Positions 41,807 through 50,949 of a stretch of 64,000 nucleotides of DNA are shown here, piece after piece; position 1 is the first letter of the stretch, and every line of letters starts with the position of its first letter. A program made the position numbers and the translations under genes. Below the pieces are notes generated by a model, which did no database searches, was not told the DNA's origin, and worked only from the letters and a program-made list of their open reading frames with translations. The stretch comes from Methanomicrobia archaeon. Lineage in GTDB: Archaea; Halobacteriota; Bog-38; Methanoflorentales; Methanoflorentaceae. Where the stretch lies: assembly GCA_015661395.1 (NCBI GenBank), contig JACWML010000010.1, positions 2,499 to 66,498 of the forward strand, read 5' to 3'.

Positions 41807-43240
41807 TCAGCGTCGGGGTGTTACCAGTCGCAACAAATATCCCAGAAAGACCCGCTGCGTCCGTGCAACTCGCGCAAGTACAGCCTCCGTGGAATAAAAC
41901 GTCGCTTTAACGACCGCCACCTCGCTTCGTGGTGAATAGAACGCGTAAATAGGGATCCCAATTGCAATCGTTATGAGTCCATAAATGACCGTGGTTATGC
42001 CGCTTTCGAAGATCAAAAGCGCCGACAAGAGTATGCCGGCGACAGGGAGGATCGGCCCCGTCATCTTTTCAATGACCGTGCGGCCCGCTCTAATCCGTCC
42101 GCGCTCTCGTAATGCAAGAACCACGGCACTGGTGACGAGATACACAAACGCAAGGTTAAAGGTCGAAAAGAGGATTAGCTGACTCAAGCCTCCGAACAGC
42201 GAGAGGCCCAGCGCAAGAACGCCTTGGGCGATGAGATTCTTATGCGGCGTGCCGTATCGCGCGTGAAGGTTGCTAAAAAAACGTGGAAATAGACCGTCGA
42301 GTGAGATGGCATAGGACAGACGGGACGTCGACAACGTGCCCGACTCATCGGATCCAGAAACGGATATCAGTGCCCCAACGCCGAGTATGAGGCCGCCGAC
42401 CAGCGCCAGCGTGGGCGTTAGGGAAAACGCCACGCTGCCAGCGGTGGCAAGGGGCGCGGGATCGAACTGGAGCGACGTCCAGTTAACGACGCCGATGATG
42501 ACGAAGTTCGTCAACAGGTAGAACAGCGTAACTATCGCCATTCCGACGATGATGGCCTTGGGTATCGTCCGGGTCGGATTTTCAATCTCGTTCGACGGAA
42601 TAACGGCGAGTTCAAACCCGGCGTACGCCCAGAAGATCAAAACGAGCGCCTGTCCAAAGTGGTCGAAGCCGAGCGGGGCAAAGGGCACGAAGTTCGCATA
42701 GGTTGCTGCCGGATTAAATGCCATGTAGATCGCCCCTGCGACGATCAACAGTAGAAGAGGGCTTAGCTTCGCAATCGTGAGAACGTCATTGGCTCGTCCT
42801 GCCATCTTCGTCCCGCGTACGTTGACGTAGGTGATCGACGCGATGAACAGCACTTTGATGACCACACCCTCCACGGTGGTGAGGGCGGGGAAGAAAAACG
42901 TGAAGTACCGCACGAAGGCGACGGGAAAAACGGCGAGCGCTGCCACTTCGGCGACCCAGAGCGGCCAGCCGACGATAAACCCCGCGAAATCTCCCCACAC
43001 CTCCTGTGCGTACGCGTAGGCGCCGCCGACCCGTGGCACGAGCGTTGCGCATTCGGCAAAGTTGAGCGCAATAATAATGGCGATCAGTCCGGCCGCCACC
43101 CACGCGACGAGGCTTGCTGGCCCGAGATATTGGCTACCTAAGGAGGCGACGACGTAGATGTCGGCGCCGACGATCGCCCCGACGAGCAAGTTGGTGACGT
43201 CAAAGAAACTAAGCTTTTTCAACGTTGCGCTGAGCTGCAT
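41807..43240 (-). CDS. APC-superfamily amino acid permease
   Basis: 477 aa, about 12 TM. N-terminal LSFFDVTNLLVGAIVGADIYV and the GGAYAYAQE block are typical of APC transporters. Confidence 0.85.
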   Translation of the reverse strand: MQLSATLKKLSFFDVTNLLVGAIVGADIYVVASLGSQYLGPASLVAWVAAGLIAIIIALNFAECATLVPRVGGAYAYAQEVWGDFAGFIVGWPLWVAEVAALAVFPVAFVRYFTFFFPALTTVEGVVIKVLFIASITYVNVRGTKMAGRANDVLTIAKLSPLLLLIVAGAIYMAFNPAATYANFVPFAPLGFDHFGQALVLIFWAYAGFELAVIPSNEIENPTRTIPKAIIVGMAIVTLFYLLTNFVIIGVVNWTSLQFDPAPLATAGSVAFSLTPTLALVGGLILGVGALISVSGSDESGTLSTSRLSYAISLDGLFPRFFSNLHARYGTPHKNLIAQGVLALGLSLFGGLSQLILFSTFNLAFVYLVTSAVVLALRERGRIRAGRTVIEKMTGPILPVAGILLSALLIFESGITTVIYGLITIAIGIPIYAFYSPRSEVAVVKATFYSTEAVLARVARTQRVFLGYLLRLVTPRR

Positions 43241-43559
43241 GCGATTAATCTAACAAAGGGCGCTACTAGTAGTCCGAACCATCAACCACCGACATCGTGC
43301 AATCAACGCAAGCAGATGCATCAGCCATCCCTCTGGTGATTGCTATCGGGTCCGTATGTGTAAACGCATATAAGCCTCTTCTCCTTGCTCGGGTTCAACA
43401 GCTGCAGCCGGTGGCTGCGTTGGTAACGGTATGTCTGTGCGTATGCGTTCCTCAACGCGTCGTGGCAATCCGGTGTGCCTCATTACACGTGCATCCCGCT
43501 CCAAAAGCCCCAATTGGTGGGCGATGATCAGCCGCGCGCGGTTCAAGTCACCGTGCGCG

Positions 43560-44171
43560 TCACAGAAGCGTGAGTAGGTCGCGAAGCGACTCTATGGCAC
43601 GCTCGTAGGTAGGCGGGTCACGATCGCATCGGATACGACATATCGTGTGCATCCCCAGTTGCGCCGCGGTCTCCAGATTTTGCGGCTGGTCGTCAACGAA
43701 AACGCACTGGTGTGGTGCAACACTGAGTGACCGCAGAAGGATTTGATATAGGCGACGGTCAGGCTTCCTAAAGCCGTAATTACCGCTGATAACGACTGAC
43801 GTGAAGAGTCGGTCGAGGGCGAAGCGCCTTCTAAGATAGGCGGACCACTCGCTTACGTCGTTCGACAGCATAGCAAGCACATAACGCTTCTTCAGTCGTT
43901 CAGCGACGGCGATAAAGTCAGGATCGAGCTTCAGTTGCGTGTCGAGGTACTCTCGTTCGCTGGCGGGCGCACAGCCCACCCGCGCCCAGAACTCCTGAGA
44001 CGATATCCGTCCAAGACTCGCCGACAGGTACAGCTGTCGAATCGTCTCTCGGTTTGTGCAGCCGCACTCACGAGCGACAAAAGGAATAAGCAGATTGCTG
44101 ACGTCGTCGCCCTCTACAAAGGTGACGCCCATCGCATCGAAAACCACGACATCGATGTTTCTGAAGTGCAT
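43560..44171 (-). CDS. HAD-superfamily hydrolase
   Basis: Motif I-like VVFDAMGVT (second Asp substituted) and motif IV FVDDQPQN. Start chosen at the ATG giving MHFRNIDVVVFD. The longer ORF to 44288 is also open. Confidence 0.6.
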   Translation of the reverse strand: MHFRNIDVVVFDAMGVTFVEGDDVSNLLIPFVARECGCTNRETIRQLYLSASLGRISSQEFWARVGCAPASEREYLDTQLKLDPDFIAVAERLKKRYVLAMLSNDVSEWSAYLRRRFALDRLFTSVVISGNYGFRKPDRRLYQILLRSLSVAPHQCVFVDDQPQNLETAAQLGMHTICRIRCDRDPPTYERAIESLRDLLTLL

Positions 44172-44291
44172 TGCGTGCTCAGTGACATACAAAGAGCGCA
44201 TCTTACTTGTGTTTCTCGATGTTAGCGTCCGGCTAGCAACTGACGCTCGGTCCCTCATTTGAGGGCGCGCAGAGCTAACAGGGCACATTGG

Positions 44292-44927
44292 CTAATTGTG
44301 CCGTTGTATCACGTGGGCCTGTGTCTGCCGGTCACTTGAAGCGCCTCTGGCTCGTCCGAGTTTTGCTCTGCGGGACCGTCCTAAGGCAAGGATTTGCGCC
44401 GATGAAACGACACAGCACAGAGCTGCTGCGACAAAAAGGACCGTGTTAAGGGGCGCGGGACTGAGGATTCCTGCAATGAGGAGCGCTAGCCGCTCAGGCC
44501 TCCCAAACGTAGTGAACACGGGGCCCCTCCCATGCGTCCGACCATAAACCCGTGCAAATAAGAGCGTGAAAGCGCCTCCAATCACAAAAAAAGCAGAAGG
44601 GGGCACACCTGCTCCTAACACGGCACCGACGACGAAGAATAGCTCTGAGAACCGATCGGATATCCCGTCAAAGTACAATCCGAATTCCGTTGCACGGTTT
44701 GCAGCTCTCGCAACGGAGCCGTCGAGCGCGTCGCAGAAGGCAGCGATGGCGAAAAGGATGATGCCAGTGTAGAGGTGACCACGGAGCGCCGCGAGCCCGG
44801 AGGAGAACGCAAGGCACAATCCGAGCGCTGTGATCTGGTTGGGTGTAACGCCCGCGCGGTCTAGCCGCGTTGCGACCGACTGGAGAATCGTGTCTTTGTG
44901 TGGCTTATAGCGGTACAAAAGGCTCAT
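44292..44927 (-). CDS. CDP-alcohol phosphatidyltransferase family protein (archaeal polar-lipid head-group transferase)
   Basis: Full family motif D-G-x2-A-R-x8-G-x3-D-x3-D, seen as DALDGSVARAANRATEFGLYFDGISDRFSE. 6 TM. Confidence 0.85.
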   Translation of the reverse strand: MSLLYRYKPHKDTILQSVATRLDRAGVTPNQITALGLCLAFSSGLAALRGHLYTGIILFAIAAFCDALDGSVARAANRATEFGLYFDGISDRFSELFFVVGAVLGAGVPPSAFFVIGGAFTLLFARVYGRTHGRGPVFTTFGRPERLALLIAGILSPAPLNTVLFVAAALCCVVSSAQILALGRSRRAKLGRARGASSDRQTQAHVIQRHN

Positions 44928-45312
44928 GCTATCGTGCGTGTCCGTTCGCTTGTTGATTCACCAGACTGTCTTCTTAGTGACATATCACTGAGCTGATTCG
45001 GACGTCGTTACTGTCAGTACCTATACATATCGCGTATAGATATCTAAACCGAACGTCAGCTGTTTTGAAATATTCCCTCGAATCTGAGACGTTCTGAGCA
45101 ACTTCTTGGTTTTGTTCGATGTACACGCTGCGATGGCCGCCGAGAGGACGCGAGACGGGCTCAGTTCGACCAAGTCGCGGCTAAGCTGTCTGAGACAGTG
45201 GGTTGAACGTCCTTTCGCTCGCGCTTGCGGCCATTCGTATGGTGTCAGAGCACCGTGTCGTGAGGTGCAGAATTGCCAGTAACTCGGCCGTGCTCCTCGT
45301 CCAAACGCGGTG

Positions 45313-47898
45313 TCACCCGGGAACAGGTTTTCGACGCGAGGGTTTGCGCTTGTTGGCAGGCATTCGAACGATCTCCATTCCCACCTCGGCGAGCAGGCGT
45401 GGTATGTTACGCGCGGCGTCTCGGTCGTACTCCTTCATGTGTTCGGGAAGCTCTGAATAAGGTATGATCCACGGGCTTAGCTTCTTCTCTTCGTCCTTTA
45501 TCGGATCCAATTTCCACCCGTCAAGGAGGCGTTCCACGTTCCAGCGGCCGTGCTCAAGCTCCGCCATGATCTCCACCTCGTCGGGAGTGAATTGCATCCG
45601 CGTCACGGTATCGCTGCGCGCCTTCCGGACGGTATAGCCGACGGCGTTCAATTTATGGGCGATATCGTCTGCCTGCGCCCTGTTGGATTGTTTCAAGTCG
45701 TCGCGGAGCTTGTCCCATTTGGCGCGCCGGGGTTCCTGGCTTTGGGTGCGCATGAGGAGCTTGCGATAGTTGTCATGGATCTCCTGCGCCATGCGCTCGC
45801 GCACCGGTGTGGGGAGCGTTTGCTCGGTTGAACTGATGAACGCCTGTGCCGAGATTGGATCCTTTGGCAGCTGAATGAGCTTCTCGGATTTGCTCCATTC
45901 GTCGTCTTGGATCAACCGCGCCGCTTCGTGTCCGCTTCCTGCGACAATGGCGACGCTCGCGCGCAACGCGAGCGCGAGGCGGTATTCTATGCCGGCGATG
46001 CTTTGTCCATCGATGCCAAGAAGCTTGACGCTCTTGGGCGAAACGTCTGATCCGATGAGATCAACCCAATACTGCAGGGTTTCCGAAGGGTTGAAGCGCA
46101 GGGGTTCCGAAGCTTTGAAGCCCTCGCTATCGGTGCGCCGGATATCGCAGTATCGCTGATCGACCGCGGCGTCAGGAAGCACGCGCGGCACGAATCCTAT
46201 GGTCTGCAGCTCGGGGTAGCGCTCTTGCACGTCGCCGACAATGCGGCTGATGCCGCTGCCCGTGCCGCCCGAGATGAGCGTCCCTGTGAACCCCTTGAAG
46301 GCCTCGAGCATGAGCCCTCGATAGCTCGCTGCGTATCCCTCATCGGGAGAATCGTAGCCGCCTGCGACGATGGCTACCGGCTCCTTTAAGCGTCGGCTAT
46401 TGGGCGTCGTCAGCTTTTTCAGGTCGGCGCGTGCCTCTGCGGCGTCGAATCGTCCGGCCCATCCGATGAGCAAGATGGTGCGCGCCCATTCGTACCCGCC
46501 CAACGCCTCGTGCACGGGCGCGAGCTTCACTAGTGAGTGGTAGGCATTTTCGATCGGCCACTCGGCGGTGCTCATCTGGATCGCCTTCGCATAGGCGATG
46601 AGGCTTTCGTGGCTCTCACCGAGGAGCAGGTGGAGCATCCCGAGGGCGTAGTATGCCCACGGGATGTTGATGCCGACGGCGGTCTGACCCCAACAACGTT
46701 GTATCGCCATGCGCATCAATGGTCGCACCACGTCGATGATCGACGTCGTACCACGGTGACTGATCTCGAGCTCGAGATAGTTGATGAGCGCGTAGGGATC
46801 TGACGGATCGAGCTCGAACGCCTTACGGTAGAGCTCGCGCGCCCGCGGTTCGTTGCACTCGCGATACGTGTCGGCCAGGCGCACGTACGTGTCGGCATTC
46901 TCGGCTTTCGCGAGCGACTCGTCAAGGTAGCCCTGTCCCTTCACGTAGTCCTCGCTCTCGGGCGTCCCACTGTTCTGCTTGCAGAGGGCGACACCCAGAT
47001 CTTTGAGAAGGGGGGCGTAGCCCGTGTCAGCGTACGCGCTGAAGGTCTCGATAGCCTGCTCCCAGTCGCCCAGCGTCATCGCCAGTCGGCCGATGCTGTG
47101 CGCGTGCTGGACGTTGTGCGGGTCGTGCTCGAGGATCATCTTGAGGGTGCGTATCTCATCTCGCACCTGCGTCTCGTTCATGTAGGCGCTGTAGTTGGCG
47201 GCATACGCCGTAAGCCGGTTCTCGATCGTCGCGAAGGATTGATCGGCGTCTTCGAGCAGCGCCGCTATTCGCGCGAGCTCGCGCTGCCACTGTCTGGGGA
47301 AGGTGAAAGCGCCCTTGTAGGCCTTGTCGTGACTGAAGTCGGCCCACGCGTGTTCGAGCAGCGTGCGCACCTGTATTTCCGCTTTCAACTCGGCGACCGT
47401 CTCGGGCACATCGATCGAAACCCCGCCGACAGTAATCGAACCGGGACGATGTAGGCTGACGATGTAGTGGACCGAGCGGTACCCGAACTCGGCCGCCTTG
47501 AGGCGCTGGTCAATATTGAAGCTGTTGTCCCAATCGATATCGAAAACGCGATCGGAATCACTCGGCTCAGCCTGCTTCTCGATGTACGTGCAGATCGCCG
47601 TCACCTCTGTCTGGGTATGGGTGATGACGCGTCCGCCGCAGAGGTCGGTGAAGTCATTGACGGGATCGCGCGTCTCATCCTGTTTTCGAATGATCTTCTC
47701 AGCGAAACTCGAAACTGATTTCGGCCGCGTCTGAACGATCGCGAGGGGCGCATACCGCTTAGCGAGTGCATCGAGGATGTTGTAGAGTACCTGCGCGAGC
47801 TCTTTATAACGTGGTTCCACGAGCTCGAAGTTCTCGATCTGTCCCTCATACCACGTGCGGAACTGCTCTTGATCAGCCTCACTCATCGTGCTCGGCAC
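45313..47898 (-). CDS. 861-aa multidomain protein: N-terminal RelA/SpoT-type nucleotidyltransferase (alarmone-synthetase-like), TPR repeats, a SLOG/LOG-like Rossmann domain, and two C-terminal RyR repeats
   Basis: RelA/SpoT blocks RPKSVSSFAEKIIRK, TDLCGGRVI, EFGYRSVHYIV and EIQVRTLLEHAWADFSHDKAYKG, including the catalytic Asp and Glu positions. TPR-like helices at ~250-400 aa. G-rich Rossmann loops VAIVAGGYDSPDEGY and ISGGTGSGIS. C-terminal AELEHGRWNVERLLDGWKLDPIKDEEKKLSPWIIPYSELPEHMKEYDRDAARNIPRLL matches the RyR domain consensus, preceded by a degenerate RyR half (EIHDNYRKLL...KWDKLRDDLKQSNRAQADDIAHKLNAVGY). Confidence 0.85.
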   Translation of the reverse strand: MPSTMSEADQEQFRTWYEGQIENFELVEPRYKELAQVLYNILDALAKRYAPLAIVQTRPKSVSSFAEKIIRKQDETRDPVNDFTDLCGGRVITHTQTEVTAICTYIEKQAEPSDSDRVFDIDWDNSFNIDQRLKAAEFGYRSVHYIVSLHRPGSITVGGVSIDVPETVAELKAEIQVRTLLEHAWADFSHDKAYKGAFTFPRQWQRELARIAALLEDADQSFATIENRLTAYAANYSAYMNETQVRDEIRTLKMILEHDPHNVQHAHSIGRLAMTLGDWEQAIETFSAYADTGYAPLLKDLGVALCKQNSGTPESEDYVKGQGYLDESLAKAENADTYVRLADTYRECNEPRARELYRKAFELDPSDPYALINYLELEISHRGTTSIIDVVRPLMRMAIQRCWGQTAVGINIPWAYYALGMLHLLLGESHESLIAYAKAIQMSTAEWPIENAYHSLVKLAPVHEALGGYEWARTILLIGWAGRFDAAEARADLKKLTTPNSRRLKEPVAIVAGGYDSPDEGYAASYRGLMLEAFKGFTGTLISGGTGSGISRIVGDVQERYPELQTIGFVPRVLPDAAVDQRYCDIRRTDSEGFKASEPLRFNPSETLQYWVDLIGSDVSPKSVKLLGIDGQSIAGIEYRLALALRASVAIVAGSGHEAARLIQDDEWSKSEKLIQLPKDPISAQAFISSTEQTLPTPVRERMAQEIHDNYRKLLMRTQSQEPRRAKWDKLRDDLKQSNRAQADDIAHKLNAVGYTVRKARSDTVTRMQFTPDEVEIMAELEHGRWNVERLLDGWKLDPIKDEEKKLSPWIIPYSELPEHMKEYDRDAARNIPRLLAEVGMEIVRMPANKRKPSRRKPVPG

Positions 47899-47940
47899 CT
47901 TCGCTCATTTCGAATTGATGTAGCACCCATAAGTATCGCT

Positions 47941-48357
47941 TCACTCCGGCATAACATTTCCCTGCGATTCTGCAAAGAAGCGCCGAAACTGCGTCGCAAG
48001 GTCAAGCTGATGCATCTCGGACGGCTGCACCCACCGATAGGAATCGTGCTCGCTGCTGAGTTTGACGTCCTCTGTGACGAGGTTCCCTTCCATGATGAGG
48101 CACGCCACTTTGACCGCGGGCACCTCGTACTCGATGGCCCCCAGCAATCGCCGCACGGATATCTGCAGGCCTGCTTCTTCGAACACCTCTCGCTTCAATG
48201 CCTCATCCAGCCGCTCTCCCGGATCGAGCTTGCCGCCGGGCGGTTCCCACTTCCCCGGATTGGTCTTTGAATCGGGTGATCGGCGCAGAAACAGGCATTT
48301 GCCCTCGTTGTTTTGAAGCAGTGCATAGACGGCGATTCCCCACGCTTTTTCAGTCAT
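47941..48357 (-). CDS. NUDIX hydrolase
   Basis: Complete Nudix box GGKLDPGERLDEALKREVFEEAGL. Start placed at the internal ATG (MTEKAWGIAVYALL). The upstream extension to 48621 is Arg/Cys-rich and unlikely to be coding. Ends 43 bp before the RelA/SpoT gene on the same strand. Confidence 0.8.
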   Translation of the reverse strand: MTEKAWGIAVYALLQNNEGKCLFLRRSPDSKTNPGKWEPPGGKLDPGERLDEALKREVFEEAGLQISVRRLLGAIEYEVPAVKVACLIMEGNLVTEDVKLSSEHDSYRWVQPSEMHQLDLATQFRRFFAESQGNVMPE

Positions 48358-48487
48358 TATAACCGATCCTCCTCGAGCGTCGTGTGCGACGATATTAGGG
48401 TTTAAACTAGGGTTATAGGGCGCCTTTGCCTTAAAAGTGCTGCTTTCGCACCAAGAACAAGCGTCGCAGTCAGCGCGCGCCAGACAG

Positions 48488-49213
48488 CTAGTATTGGAGC
48501 GCGTACCAACACGCAAGCGCGGTCGCGAGTACCATGTCATCGTATTCGCCGTCGCGCCACGCTTCCTCCCACGGGCCGCCGGAACTGATGCTGACCCTCG
48601 TAGCGAAATCCTGCAGCTCATCTTTTAACAGATCCCACAGCGGCAGGTCTTTTGTGGCGCGGAGCCAACTTTTGTTGAGCAGCAGCTTTACTGAGCGTGC
48701 GAGCTCACGCTTCGGGACGCGGTAAAAGCCGTCTCCGTACGAAACGTCGTCCCCGCCGATCACCACGGGCAGCGGCAGGAGGCGTGCCGCGCGGAACGCG
48801 TCGATGGCGGAGAGGCCCACGCCCGTGGCGTCCACGACGAGGTAGTATGGCACCAACCGCCGTGCCTCGGCCGACCGTTTTGGGGTGAGCGCGCGGATCC
48901 GACCTATGATCGTGAGCCGGGGCGTGCCTGGGGGTAACCGCTCTATGTGGCGAACCCGCAGCTTAACTGGTTGATCGAGCGGTTCACCGCGGCCCGGGCG
49001 CAGTCCTCCGAGTGTTGCCCACGGGGCGTCGGGCGCTCCGCCGGCGAGCAGGCTCTGGCCGATTTTTTCGATCGCGACGACAGCGGAAAAGTCATCGGCG
49101 CGGCCGAGATCACAGCTGATGAACACTCCGGCCAAACTGCGCGGTGAGCGCTGACGCGGTTCGTAGCGCGCATACCGATTGGAGAGGTCACGGGCGTCCG
49201 AGTCGCTTATCAC
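48488..49213 (-). CDS. possible RNase H-fold nuclease (phage terminase large-subunit C-terminal / RuvC-like pattern)
   Basis: N-terminal beta-strand Asp pattern (GVFISCDLGRADDFSAVVAIE), a second one (YYLVVDATGVGLSAIDAF) and a C-terminal DD-x3-ATALA-W (YDDMVLATALACWYA), as in RuvC and terminase nucleases. Pattern-level only. The ORF is Arg-rich. Confidence 0.35.
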   Translation of the reverse strand: MISDSDARDLSNRYARYEPRQRSPRSLAGVFISCDLGRADDFSAVVAIEKIGQSLLAGGAPDAPWATLGGLRPGRGEPLDQPVKLRVRHIERLPPGTPRLTIIGRIRALTPKRSAEARRLVPYYLVVDATGVGLSAIDAFRAARLLPLPVVIGGDDVSYGDGFYRVPKRELARSVKLLLNKSWLRATKDLPLWDLLKDELQDFATRVSISSGGPWEEAWRDGEYDDMVLATALACWYALQY

Positions 49214-49519
49214 GATGATCGGTCGCGTGTATATCCCTCTTTGCCCTTAGTTCCTTCCCCGTTTTTTCCCGTTTCGCTTCGTTCCTCGTGTATCGCTGTC
49301 GCTTCGAGGTGCGCTGAGCGCGTTGATGGAACCGCTCGTGCGGCGCGGTATCCACTAGCAGACGCAGTTGCGTGCGTGTTTCGTTTGGTTTTCGCCGCTG
49401 GTGCGCTTGACGGCTGTACGGTGCAACGACGAGGACGCGTGAAAGGGAAGCGAGCATCCCAGCTTCAGAAAACGCGATCAAATCACAACGCTTAAGCTGA
49501 TTGACGAAGCAGCGGTTTC

Positions 49520-49837
49520 GTGGTGTTGGTAGTGCGATCAAGCGCGTCGAACCAAGCGTGTGCCGAAACGATTAACTTTGGTGCTGCGGCTGAACAGGAG
49601 CGCCTCCGTGAGCTGTTGCAGCTGGCGGTCGATGAAGTCGCCCGAAGATATGAACACCGGTACCTGGAGCCGAGTCTCGTTTCGTTTGTGCTCGCGCGCA
49701 TGGTGCACGAGGCTGATCCCACGTTTTCTGAAGCGCTCGTGCGAGCCGAGTTCCTCAAGTTGGCCCTTGAGTTCACCGAACAACTAGACCGAGCGACGCG
49801 CGGCAGGTTTTCGCTAAGCCACGTGTGGAAGACGTAA
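49520..49837 (+). CDS. hypothetical helical protein (GTG start)
   Basis: ORF only. Overlapped by Arg/Ser-rich antisense ORFs that look less protein-like. Confidence 0.25.
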   Translation: MVLVVRSSASNQACAETINFGAAAEQERLRELLQLAVDEVARRYEHRYLEPSLVSFVLARMVHEADPTFSEALVRAEFLKLALEFTEQLDRATRGRFSLSHVWKT

Positions 49838-50007
49838 CCGGCTCTGCGGTAGCCGCCACCACCACGTCCGAGAGCACGCAACGGTATGGCTCTTTTTGTC
49901 AGGTCGCAGAGTGAACGCGACGTCACGCTGCGGAACGGACGGACGTGAGCGTGCGGAGGCTAGTCCTGAGTTTGCATACGGTGGCTGCTCGCGACGGGGC
50001 GTGAGAA

Positions 50008-50044
50008 CTACACCAAAACTACACCAAAACTACACCAAAACTAC
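50008..50044. repeat. 11-bp tandem repeat ctacaccaaaa, 3 full copies plus a partial
   Basis: actacaccaaaactacaccaaaactacaccaaaactacgctg, seen directly in the intergenic DNA. Confidence 0.85.
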
Positions 50045-50166
50045 GCTGCTGACGGTGATGAGCGTGCTGTTTGTAACCACGTCGTCATATGCATCGCCGC
50101 TCCAAGTCGCGCGAAGTTGTTCTCGCTATGCGAGGGCGAAAAAAAGTAAGCGAACAAGTCATCGAT

Positions 50167-50472
50167 CTAGAGTGCCTTTTTCGCCTCTTCTATCGCCTTC
50201 GCAGCAATTTCAGGCGTCGCCGCTCCAAGAATGACGGGCGTGAACTCTGGGTACGTGCCGAACTTCTTCGACACAATGAGCATAAGCTCCGTCATTTGTG
50301 CCTCATCCAGGTCGGCCACCATGAAAACAGCGCGCATGCCGGCCTGTGTATACGAGGCCTCTGGCGCGAACCGATCCATAACATGTCCGAGAATCGGTCC
50401 AGGCCCCCCTTCTTCGAAGTCTAAGCGATTGCCTTCGTCGGCAGGAATCTCGAAATATACCAAGTAACGCAC
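50167..50472 (-). CDS. small hypothetical protein (101 aa), possibly DUF3303-like
   Basis: MRYLVYFEIPADEGNRLDFEEGG...AVFMVADLDEAQMTEL... resembles the dimeric alpha+beta barrel-like DUF3303 family. From memory only. Confidence 0.4.
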   Translation of the reverse strand: MRYLVYFEIPADEGNRLDFEEGGPGPILGHVMDRFAPEASYTQAGMRAVFMVADLDEAQMTELMLIVSKKFGTYPEFTPVILGAATPEIAAKAIEEAKKAL

Positions 50473-50949
50473 GATTGATCACCTCTCGCATAATTCAACG
50501 TTCGAGAATAAGTGCTTTCACCGGGGGTTGAGCGCTTCTTGGGCGTCAAAATGGCCTAAATCGTTCGGTAGGTCACTCGTTTGGCAGCGCTGGCGGAGCG
50601 TTGGCGACACGTGGGCCAAGGACGGTAGCTGCGAGCTCAAAATCGTTGCCAGTTGTCACGGTGCCGGCGCGACGCCCCTAAAATCGTTCGGCGGTAAAAG
50701 CTTGTTTCGAGCACAGGTCTGCTCTTTCACCTTGTGCTGGTCTTGGTCGCTTACTTGTACATTCGTCGATATGCAGCTTCACGACAAAACAAGAGATGAC
50801 TGCGATAGTTAATGCAAGAGGGCCAGCAGGCCATTTCTGTCAGACAATTCACGATTGCCCAAAGAACGCACGCATGGCCATGGTCTGACATGATTGAACG
50901 ACGCAGCGAAAATGAAGAAACTAGTCATAGAAGGCCGGGATTTAGGAAA

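Noticed and set aside
47941-48621. Long form of the NUDIX ORF with an 88-aa N-terminal extension
   Set aside because: The extension is Arg/Cys/Ser-rich nonsense-like sequence and overlaps the upstream gene. The NUDIX fold starts at the internal ATG 48357.
49492-49926. 144-aa minus ORF and 81-aa minus ORF opposite the 49520..49837 plus ORF
   Set aside because: Arg/Ser-rich. The plus-strand alternative is more protein-like, though itself only a low-confidence call.
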